Below are positions 1 to 7,454 of a DNA stretch of 21,692 nucleotides, piece by piece. Position 1 is the first letter of the stretch. Each line of letters starts with the position of its first letter. The stretch lies in IMG/VR virus record IMGVR_UViG_646564563_000001. The stretch is one strand, 5' to 3'. Below the pieces are notes generated by a model. That model was not told the origin of the DNA and ran no database searches. It worked only from the letters and a program-made list of their open reading frames with translations. Origin of the DNA: an uncultured virus (IMG/VR IMGVR_UViG_646564563_000001) (lineage: Duplodnaviria > Heunggongvirae > Uroviricota > Caudoviricetes). A program made the translations under genes and the position numbers.

Positions 1-33
1 CGAATGCAAAACCCCCGGACACAGGTCCGGGGG
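1..33 (-). promoter_or_regulatory. Palindromic late-operon element, copy 2 (putative Mor/C activator site and/or intrinsic terminator)
   Basis: CCCCCGGAC-acag-GTCCGGGGG at 12-33. It matches 8422-8454 at 32 of 33 nt. It lies downstream of gpG, where Mu has its PI late promoter. Confidence 0.7.
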
Positions 34-228
34 CATCGCGTGGTGGCCTCTTGGTCAGATCATAGGCGCGGCGACGCCGCTCACGCAATGGTCTTCGCCC
101 GGGTCGCTTCGGATTGGCGCGCAGAGCAATCCTAACGGGGGGCTAACGGGGCGGGATGGCTTCTGACGTGCATCCGGGGCCGCACAATGACTGGACCCAT
201 CAGCGGCGCAATCAGCGACGCGGCCACC

Positions 229-783
229 TCAGCCCTCCAGCCAGTCCTGCGCCTGTTCCAGGATCCCCTCCTGATCCGCCGCCGAGATCCCGATATAGGG
301 CCGGGCCGGAATGGTGATCGTGTGCGCCTTGATCGCCACGTCCTTGCCACCCTCCTTGTCGCGTTTGGCAAAGCGCCGCCCGACCATGTAACGGCTGCCC
401 GCTTGCTTCTCGATCGTGCCGCCCAGCTGGTGGATTGCGGCGTATGCCACCGGCGATCCGATGCGCAGTTCGTCATCGGAGGCGATGTAGTTGATCGACC
501 CGGCCAGAGACGAGCCGGACTTGCCTTTCGTATTCGATCGCAGAATTGTCAGCGGCAGCTGTCCGGCCTTCGTTCGCGCCCGGATTGTCGCCGGTTTCAA
601 GGGCGTCCACGGTTTTCCGTCTGGACCGGTTTCGGTTTTGAACCGCGTGCTGGTCGAAGCCAGCAGCAGCTCGCCGACCCCCTTGTAGAACCCGCGGGGA
701 TTTTCCATCCGTGCCAGCAGATCCCGCAGCGCCTGGCGCGCGGTGGCCTCCTGCAGCTCAACCGAGATGCTTATGCCCGTCAT
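229..783 (-). CDS. Mu gpG-like virion morphogenesis (tail completion) protein, 184 aa
   Basis: Motifs RFKTETGPDGKPWTPL, IGSPVAYAAIHQLGG and IPARPYIGIS. Position after gpF; GGGAG RBS. Confidence 0.93.
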   Translation of the reverse strand: MTGISISVELQEATARQALRDLLARMENPRGFYKGVGELLLASTSTRFKTETGPDGKPWTPLKPATIRARTKAGQLPLTILRSNTKGKSGSSLAGSINYIASDDELRIGSPVAYAAIHQLGGTIEKQAGSRYMVGRRFAKRDKEGGKDVAIKAHTITIPARPYIGISAADQEGILEQAQDWLEG

Positions 784-785
784 CG

Positions 786-814
786 TTGAAATCTCCCTTG
801 GTTTCGGCTATATT
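786..814 (+). promoter_or_regulatory. Sigma70-type promoter antisense to the late operon
   Basis: TTGAAA (786-791), 17 nt spacer, TATATT (809-814). AT-rich patch in GC-rich DNA. Confidence 0.65.
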
Positions 815-819
815 TCTGG

Positions 820-896
820 TGTCGAAGCGGTGCGGCGGTGACTGCCCTTCTAGCCGCTTCGGTGCTGCGACCCGATCACCCGGGCCGCTTTCGTTT
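820..896 (+). ncRNA. Candidate structured antisense small RNA (about 75 nt)
   Basis: Follows the promoter. Stem CGAAGCGG/CCGCUUCG (823-830/854-861) is extended by G-U pairs that form only on the + strand. Second hairpin at 867-888 is followed by UUUCGUUU. Confidence 0.45.
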
Positions 897-2357
897 CCAG
901 AGCAGCTTTCCGACCCTTTGCTTGTCGATGTGGCTGTAGTCCGGCTTGGCACGGTTGAAGGATGCGTAACCGGTGACTGCTCCCCACGCCTTGCGCCCGA
1001 CCTCAAACAGCACTTGCAGCGAAGTCGTCTGATCGACTTTGATGTAGCGCCGCGTCACCATGAGCTCTTCATAAGCCGGGAAGTATCCGGAGACTGCGTC
1101 AACTGGTACCGCGCGCACGCCCATCCAGATTTCATCCGGGTTCATGATCGCTTCAGCCAAGAGCGCCGCATATTCACCGCGGCCGCGTTTCATGAGCTTC
1201 GACGCTCCAGAGTGTTCAAGGAAAAGCTGCTCGGAAATGACGATCGTCGCTCCGGATTTGTCCTCCCAAAGCGCAGCTTTCCCGACGTCGGCGCCAAATG
1301 GCTCAAGGAATGCCCTCAGATAATCAGGCTCAGGGAGACCTTCAGGCATGCGCTCTGCCGTGAACGGCACCGATGCCGCAAGCAGATCCGCCATCGGCTC
1401 CGCTTTGTCGATCGACACGACATGATGCCCTTTCAGATCTCCGGTCAAGATCGCACCCCCGTCATTGAGGAGCGCCGACGGCACAAGGCCGCGCTCCCAC
1501 AGATCGCCCGGCATGTAATCCCAGCCGTAGCCGATCCCCTCGGGAAGCTCGATCACCGCACCAGTGGCCCTGTCGATGTGCTTGACCATCGAAGTCTCAG
1601 GTGCCTTGTCCGGCCCGTCCTTGCCCATGCGCCGCAGATCACCGCGCGAGAGCGTCCGCACACCGCAGCTGCAGACCCAATCGTTCGGCGGGAAATGCGC
1701 ATCCCACCACGGATCGTTCCAGAACAGCACCAGGTTGTGCCAGGAGGTGTGCTCCGGCCGCGGGTTCAGCGGCACCCGGGTTTCTCCGTGGCGGTATTGC
1801 CAATAGGGCCGCACCTTGACCACATCCGGATCGCGCATCTGCCGCAACCTCCCGGCCATGTAGCTCGTGCGGATGTTCGTCTCGAAAATGGTGCGGATGC
1901 GCCATTCGCGCCCGCCGTTGTAGGACCAGCCGTATTTTTCGACGAGACGGTCGAACTCGTCCGCGAAGGCCTTGATGTCGTAAGTGCGCGCGCCCTCGAT
2001 GATCGCCTGCTGGAACTCCTCCAGCATCGCCATGTCGGTGACCCCCGCCACGACAAAGGCGCGGTCGTGATCGCCCTGCATCGCATCCGTCCAGGCGGTG
2101 GTGGGCTTGCCCCGCTTTTGCGTCAGGAAATCGATCTGTTCGCGGAACTCCTGACGGGTCAGATCGACATCGGCAAAGCTGACGTCTTCCCAGTCCGCGA
2201 AGACCGCCTCGCGCCCCTCCAGCGCCGCCAGCTGCATCGCCTGGGAAAAGAGCGCGGCCAGCGCATCGGGCGTCCAGGTGGCGCCGATCTCCAGCACGGC
2301 CCTGGCGGCTGCGTCAAAATCCTCGGCCGTCTCGATCGCCTTGCGCACAGCGGCCAC
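876..2357 (-). CDS. Mu gpF (MuF) minor head protein with C-terminal PBECR2-like nuclease domain; start uncertain, probably reached by frameshift from the portal gene
   Basis: MuF motifs RAFVVAG, RTIFETNIRTSYMAGR, RPYWQYRH and FPPNDWVCSCGV. C-terminal PDEIW...RRYI...VTGY...QRVGKLLW. GTG start has no SD, and the frame stays open upstream past the portal stop. Confidence 0.9.
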   Translation of the reverse strand: MAAVRKAIETAEDFDAAARAVLEIGATWTPDALAALFSQAMQLAALEGREAVFADWEDVSFADVDLTRQEFREQIDFLTQKRGKPTTAWTDAMQGDHDRAFVVAGVTDMAMLEEFQQAIIEGARTYDIKAFADEFDRLVEKYGWSYNGGREWRIRTIFETNIRTSYMAGRLRQMRDPDVVKVRPYWQYRHGETRVPLNPRPEHTSWHNLVLFWNDPWWDAHFPPNDWVCSCGVRTLSRGDLRRMGKDGPDKAPETSMVKHIDRATGAVIELPEGIGYGWDYMPGDLWERGLVPSALLNDGGAILTGDLKGHHVVSIDKAEPMADLLAASVPFTAERMPEGLPEPDYLRAFLEPFGADVGKAALWEDKSGATIVISEQLFLEHSGASKLMKRGRGEYAALLAEAIMNPDEIWMGVRAVPVDAVSGYFPAYEELMVTRRYIKVDQTTSLQVLFEVGRKAWGAVTGYASFNRAKPDYSHIDKQRVGKLLWKRKRPG

Positions 2358-2452
2358 GCGCTTGGTGAAATGGCGCTCGGCCGCAGAGATGGCTTGATCG
2401 GTGATCCGCTCGACCGGCCCGCCCGGCTCAGCGAAGCAGACGTGCCGATGCG

Positions 2453-3829
2453 TCAGGCTTTTTTTTTGAGCCAGGATGCCGCGAAGGTCGGATCGTCTGT
2501 GACGAAGGGATCGGGCGCGGCGGGCGCGGTTCCGAAGGTGCGCCGGGCCTCGACCAGGGCATCGATCGTCTTGTCGCTCAGGCTCTGGGTGATGTCGAAC
2601 GACAGGATGTATTCCCGGGCCACGTCGTCATCTTCGAACCGAGCGGCCTCGGAAACGACGGTGCGGATCGCCCTGGCGGTCGCCTCGCTCGCCTCTGCCT
2701 GGCTCTTTTTCGTCGCAGCCTCGGCTTGCGCGTTCTTCGGCCGTTCGCGCCAGATCTTCGGCACGGCGGCCCCGGGAAGGTTGTAATCGACAATCCACTG
2801 CAGGAGCTGCTCGGTCAGCGTGCCCGAAAGCAGATCGCCGTCACCGTCGGCCAGCATATCCAGCATTTCCATATGCACTTCGCCAAGCGCGCGGTTGCCG
2901 CCGGACTCGCCTACCTGCGTCGTCAGCGTCTCGCCGGTGGTGGCGATCGAGATCTGCCGGTCCCAGTAGTTCAGGAACTGCTCATAGGTCACGCTGCCCG
3001 AGCGGCTCGCCTCCAGAAACTCGGCATCGGTGCCCATCGGCACGACAATGGCCGACGAGGTGACGGCGCCCTGCAGCGTGGTCAGCAGCTTGCGCTGCTC
3101 CTCGGGCAGCGATCCGATCGGGCTTTTGCCCACGATCGTCGGCCCGGCGAACTTTTCGAGGAAGTGCAGCCAGAAGGTGATGCCCTCACGCTTGAAGAGC
3201 ACCGGCCAGAACAGACGGCTGCCCAGCCCCAACCCATAGGGGTTTTCGCCCTTCACACCGACGCGGTGCACAATGAACTTCCGCTCGGGCAGCTCGATCC
3301 CTTCCGACATCGCCGTCCAGGTCAGCAGCCGCGGCCGCCATTCGGTGTCGAAGACAAAGCGGCGCTGGTCGATCGACTTGATCTTCACCGGCTTGATCCG
3401 GGCGCCGTCGCGGCCCCAGACCACTTCGCTCACCGCATAGCCCTTCAGGGTTGCGTCGAGCAGGCCCTTGCAGACCTGGTCAAAGGGCAACGCCCCGATC
3501 ATTTCGCGGACCAGCTCGGCCGCGGCCTTGTCGATCGGGCGGTCGCCCCCGGCCTCGACCTTCCACTCGCGCGAGATCAGCGCCCCCTTGCGCTTTTCGA
3601 GCATGGCCCCGGCATGGGTGTCGCGCTCGATCTCGTCATAGATCTTCAGCCCCTTGCCGCCGCCCTGGCTCAGCAGCGTGTCGTCAGAATTCTGCAGCAC
3701 CCCGCTGAAAAACGGGATGGTGATGTCGTTCCGGGCATTGGCGATCAGCGCCGTGGCCGCAGCGGGCAGGTTCTTGCGGGGCTGCTCGGCGAAAGCGGTC
3801 GGGCGAGGCTTGCGGTGACGGCGGCTCAC
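2453..3829 (-). CDS. Portal protein (DUF935, Mu gp29-like), 458 aa
   Basis: Motifs LLDATLKGYAVSEVVW, NPYGLGL, WLHFLEKFAGP, GETLTT and ALGEVH. Lies between terminase and gpF. Confidence 0.95.
   Translation of the reverse strand: MSRRHRKPRPTAFAEQPRKNLPAAATALIANARNDITIPFFSGVLQNSDDTLLSQGGGKGLKIYDEIERDTHAGAMLEKRKGALISREWKVEAGGDRPIDKAAAELVREMIGALPFDQVCKGLLDATLKGYAVSEVVWGRDGARIKPVKIKSIDQRRFVFDTEWRPRLLTWTAMSEGIELPERKFIVHRVGVKGENPYGLGLGSRLFWPVLFKREGITFWLHFLEKFAGPTIVGKSPIGSLPEEQRKLLTTLQGAVTSSAIVVPMGTDAEFLEASRSGSVTYEQFLNYWDRQISIATTGETLTTQVGESGGNRALGEVHMEMLDMLADGDGDLLSGTLTEQLLQWIVDYNLPGAAVPKIWRERPKNAQAEAATKKSQAEASEATARAIRTVVSEAARFEDDDVAREYILSFDITQSLSDKTIDALVEARRTFGTAPAAPDPFVTDDPTFAASWLKKKA
2459..2467 (-). 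other. A9 slippery run (candidate -1 frameshift or transcriptional slippage site)
   Basis: CTC AAA AAA AAA GCC TGA at the portal 3' end. The -1 frame is the gpF frame. Confidence 0.6.
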
Positions 3830-4050
3830 GGGGCATCCCCTTTTTCCATGGCGGCGAGGATCTCGCGCTCGACTTTATGGGCGTCAGGGCCGTTCAAATA
3901 CCACGGTTGATGCTTGACCCTGTGAACCTTGCCATCCCACATGGTGATGATCAGGACGCTGTCGCTCCCGTTCATGTAGTGCCGATGGTCCCACTCCATC
4001 GAGGCGACGAAGGCGGGGTTGATATGCCGGTCTTGGTCGATGCGGATCAT
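3826..4050 (-). CDS. Small hypothetical protein, paralog of 10096..10311
   Basis: Start and stop overlap both neighbours. Carries the HINPAFVASMEW motif. Confidence 0.8.
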   Translation of the reverse strand: MIRIDQDRHINPAFVASMEWDHRHYMNGSDSVLIITMWDGKVHRVKHQPWYLNGPDAHKVEREILAAMEKGDAP

Positions 4051-4385
4051 TCAGCATCCTTCCAATCGGGCAGATCGACGGTCTGACCGGCAAGTGAGTG
4101 CGTGCAGTCGCCCAGGAACTGGATGCACCCATCGGTGATGAAAGAATGGCAGACGCGCTTGATGTCCTTCGATGTGTCGTCAAATTCCTCCGGCACATCG
4201 CTCGGATCACTCCACGTCACAAGGATTGATGGCGTAAACGTCGGCGCGTCGCCGCTGCCATTCCAGCCCCAGCGCGGCCCGGCGCCCTCGCCAACCGTGA
4301 CCATGTGCGGCTCGCCGCAACCCGGGCAGCGAAACATGAGGCCTCCGCCTTCAAGTGTCCGCAATTTTGAACCGAGCGCGCCCAT
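4047..4385 (-). CDS. DUF6527-like Cys/His protein, 112 aa
   Basis: FRCPGCGEPH, WGWNGS, PTFTPSIL and CHSFITDGCIQFLGDCTH. ATG at 4385 is coupled to the upstream stop (TGATG) and has a GGAG RBS. Confidence 0.8.
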   Translation of the reverse strand: MGALGSKLRTLEGGGLMFRCPGCGEPHMVTVGEGAGPRWGWNGSGDAPTFTPSILVTWSDPSDVPEEFDDTSKDIKRVCHSFITDGCIQFLGDCTHSLAGQTVDLPDWKDAE

Positions 4386-4534
4386 CACCCTCTCCGTTTC
4401 CAGAGGCGTGCTTGTTGCACAACATGCGCTCCAAGCCGATCGAGCGCGTTGGACGCATCCCAACCCAACCGGCCACCGATCACGAGGCCGAAGCCACAAA
4501 GCACCGAAATCACAATAAGCTCGATTGCGAACAT
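4385..4534 (-). CDS. Small membrane protein, 49 aa (MFAIELIVISVLCGFGLVIGG...)
   Basis: TGATG overlaps at both ends, GAGGAG RBS, one hydrophobic segment. Confidence 0.65.
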   Translation of the reverse strand: MFAIELIVISVLCGFGLVIGGRLGWDASNALDRLGAHVVQQARLWKRRG

Positions 4535-6192
4535 CACCCTCTCCTCAGCCGATAGCCGCCCAACTTCTCGCTGCTCGAAGACGCGCCGGAGGTCAGCATC
4601 ACGCCACCGCCACCGCCCTTGCCAGCGTAGAACAGGGTGTTCTGCCAAAGCATGTCGAGCGCATCCGGCCCGTCATCGTGATCGCCGTTCGGCCATTGCT
4701 GCAGCTGGTCAATCAGCGTGCGATGCGCGGTGCTGAACCGGATCAGCCCCGCAGCCACCGGCGGCTGCAGGCGCTCGATGCGCAGGTCCTTGTCGGCCGA
4801 GGGCGTGATCGGCACGGCCGAGATGCCAACGCCATCGCGGGCGGCCCGCGTCATCAGCTCGGTGCGCAGGAACTCCTGAAACTGAACCGTTTCAACGAAC
4901 CACATCAGCGCCCGATATTCGCGCTGCAGGGCGATCGTGTCGGCGATGATCAGATCGGGCAGGCGCTTGCGGATCGAGGCTTCGACCACATCAAGCTTCC
5001 CGGCCAGCCGGTCGAAGCCGCCGATCAGGATTGCTGACGGGTCGCGCCCCTTGCCAGCCTTGCCAAGGCTCGGGTCGATCGCGCCGAAGAAGATCCATTC
5101 CCGCAGCGGCTGCACCCAATAGGTCAGATCGCCAAACGGGTTCCCCTCGCTGATCGGCTGGTTCTGATATTCGGTCTGGAAGGCGGCTTTGTCGGCCGCG
5201 CGCTCCAGCATCAGGAACAGCAGCGACTGCACCGAGGGCCAGTTGACCACCGCGCCCTGATCCATCTCGGCCTTGCGCGCCTCGTAAAACGCCTTGGCCG
5301 CGTCTTCGCCGTCGTTGTGATAGACCTCTTCGAACCGGTCCCACAGGTCCATCCGGTCGGGGAACTTCACCACCGCCTGGAACTCGGTCACGCGCCATCC
5401 GGGCGCCTTCGCGGCGCGCACGATAACGGCGTCGAAGTGCAACACCGTGCCGACCCAGATCACATCCATGCTGCCGTCGGGCGGGCCGACCTTCAGCGCG
5501 GCGCGATAGATCCAGTTCCAAAGCTTGGTGCGCTGCTCGGGGCTGCGCACCTGTTCGTCGTTCTCGATGTCGTCCAGGAACAGCAGATCGGGCCGATACG
5601 GGCCATGACGGCGGCCACGGATCTTCTTGGCGGCGCCCAGGCCTTCGACGCGGATGTTGTTGCGCGTGACGATCTCGCCCTCGCGCCACAGGCGCCCCTG
5701 GCCGAATGCGTCAGGAAAATCGCACTGCAGCCGGACGTTCGTCGTCAGTTCGGCCTTGATCGCCTCGATCAAAAGCGCCGCCTGTTCATAGACGTCGCAG
5801 ACCTCGATGATGTAGCGCTTGAGCCCGCGCATGATGCAGTAAAGCGCGAAGCCCAGAGACAGGTGCGTCGATTTGGAGGCCCCGCGCGGCGCGACGAAGA
5901 GATCCCGCACGCCCTTTTCAGAGGCGAGGATTTCCGGCACCCGGGCGAAGATGTGCTGGTGGAACAGGCTGTGCTCGCCCTTCACATAGTGGGGCAAGTA
6001 GGTTTCCATGAAGAACTGGAAGCCGTCGGCCTCGGCCACCCGGCGCAGTCGCTCTTTTTTGGCGGCCGGATCGGGCGCGAAGGCCTCGACGCTCAGTTCG
6101 ATATGGCGGGCAAATTCGCTCGCCATTTCCGCGATCTTTTCGCGGAAGTCCTTCGAGCTGACGGCGGCCTTCAGCTTCGGCCGCCGGGTCAT
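4534..6192 (-). CDS. terL: Terminase large subunit, 552 aa
   Basis: Walker A APRGASKST, Walker B LFLDDIE, nuclease motifs AIDPS and HDDGPDA. Confidence 0.95.
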   Translation of the reverse strand: MTRRPKLKAAVSSKDFREKIAEMASEFARHIELSVEAFAPDPAAKKERLRRVAEADGFQFFMETYLPHYVKGEHSLFHQHIFARVPEILASEKGVRDLFVAPRGASKSTHLSLGFALYCIMRGLKRYIIEVCDVYEQAALLIEAIKAELTTNVRLQCDFPDAFGQGRLWREGEIVTRNNIRVEGLGAAKKIRGRRHGPYRPDLLFLDDIENDEQVRSPEQRTKLWNWIYRAALKVGPPDGSMDVIWVGTVLHFDAVIVRAAKAPGWRVTEFQAVVKFPDRMDLWDRFEEVYHNDGEDAAKAFYEARKAEMDQGAVVNWPSVQSLLFLMLERAADKAAFQTEYQNQPISEGNPFGDLTYWVQPLREWIFFGAIDPSLGKAGKGRDPSAILIGGFDRLAGKLDVVEASIRKRLPDLIIADTIALQREYRALMWFVETVQFQEFLRTELMTRAARDGVGISAVPITPSADKDLRIERLQPPVAAGLIRFSTAHRTLIDQLQQWPNGDHDDGPDALDMLWQNTLFYAGKGGGGGVMLTSGASSSSEKLGGYRLRRG

Positions 6193-6692
6193 GACGTGTA
6201 GATCTCGGCCAGCCGCTCACTGAAGGGCTCGATGATCTCGAGGATCGCGGCCGAATGGTGGGGGAAGTGCTCGCGCACGAAATCCAGCATCTCGCGCATG
6301 ACATGCTGCGCCACGCCCAGTTCCGAGATCTTCGGCGCGAACTTCTTGGCGCTGGCGGCCATTTTCGTCATCGCGTCCGAAAGGGAGACGAGCATCGACA
6401 CCTTTTCCTGCGTCGTATGGCTTCCGGACTTGATCTCTTCGAGGATCTCTTGCGCCTGGATCATGAAGTCTTCGACCACGGTCGAAACCACGGCCTCGAC
6501 GCCTTCGCCAGCGATCACATGGGCGGTGCGGGCCTTGTCCCAGTCGTCGCCCTGTTCCTTGGCGGCTTTCTTCCAGCGCCCGACCGTCGCCTCGGAAATG
6601 CCGTAAGCGGCGGCGATGGTGGCGGCGGTAAAGCGCCGGAAGACATAGTCCGAGCGGGCCTTGCGGCGCACATCCTCGTTATTGCGCGCCAT
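6189..6692 (-). CDS. DUF1804 family HTH protein (probable terminase small subunit)
   Basis: N-terminal HTH (GISEATVGRWK) plus GDDWDKAR motif. Directly upstream of terL. Confidence 0.85.
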   Translation of the reverse strand: MARNNEDVRRKARSDYVFRRFTAATIAAAYGISEATVGRWKKAAKEQGDDWDKARTAHVIAGEGVEAVVSTVVEDFMIQAQEILEEIKSGSHTTQEKVSMLVSLSDAMTKMAASAKKFAPKISELGVAQHVMREMLDFVREHFPHHSAAILEIIEPFSERLAEIYTS

Positions 6693-6945
6693 TGAGGCCT
6701 CCCGAGATGACGAACTTGATGACGGCGGCCAAGAGCCCGCCCAGGATCAGGGTGATGAGCCAAGTGATGCCAGACCGGATCGACTTGAGCGTTTCGGTGG
6801 TGTTCTTGCGCCATTCGGCCATGGTCGCCCCGTCGAGCTCGATCCGTTGGATCCGCTCTTCGTGCCGGTCGATGCGCTTGTGGGCGCGCTCGATCGACTC
6901 GGCGACATGCGGGGGCACGGCGGGATGGCTGGGCAGTGCGGTCAT
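6679..6945 (-). CDS. Coiled-coil protein with C-terminal transmembrane helix (lysis-cassette associated), 88 aa
   Basis: ATGA overlap with the holin stop. Heptad region followed by ITWLITLILGGLLAAVIKFVI. Confidence 0.75.
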   Translation of the reverse strand: MTALPSHPAVPPHVAESIERAHKRIDRHEERIQRIELDGATMAEWRKNTTETLKSIRSGITWLITLILGGLLAAVIKFVISGGLNGAQ

Positions 6946-7454
6946 TTCTGCGCCCCCGCCCATTTCGCGACCATGTCTTTGGCCGTGTGCCCGCCCATGT
7001 AAAGACCCATGTAAATCCCCGAAAGCGTCAGCAGCTGGTCAACGGACATCTGCGGCATCGCGGTCCCGAACGCGGCGTTGACGACATGCAGCACGATCAC
7101 CGACCACAGCCAGAGCGCCGCCAGCAGATACATCCCGGCCGGGCGCCAGGCGCGCATCCAGAGCGGTTCGGAGGCCTCGGCCGCCAGCTGCGCCTTCTGC
7201 AGCTCCAGCCCCGAAGCATAAAGGGCGATCAGTTCCGGGCTGCGCTCCTCGACCGTGCGCAAAGCCTGGGTGACCACCGCGGGCTGATCCTCGGCCGCCT
7301 GGTCGAGTTGATCCACCGGCACACCGACCTGATCGGCGATCGCACCGAGAATATCACCGGCAAGCTGACCGGCGCCGTCGCCGAATTTGCGGGCGACGAT
7401 CTTTTCGACGACTTTCAGGCCGGCCGATCCGGCCAGGGCAACAAGGGCGGACAT
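6942..7454 (-). CDS. Holin-like membrane protein (3TM/GTA-type holin family), 170 aa
   Basis: WRPAGMY motif followed by hydrophobic helices and YMGGHTAK. TGATG coupling to the endolysin. Confidence 0.8.
   Translation of the reverse strand: MSALVALAGSAGLKVVEKIVARKFGDGAGQLAGDILGAIADQVGVPVDQLDQAAEDQPAVVTQALRTVEERSPELIALYASGLELQKAQLAAEASEPLWMRAWRPAGMYLLAALWLWSVIVLHVVNAAFGTAMPQMSVDQLLTLSGIYMGLYMGGHTAKDMVAKWAGAQK

Noticed and set aside
711..2786. 691-aa + strand ORF
   Set aside because: Antisense shadow of gpF and portal in GC-rich DNA; no recognisable motifs.
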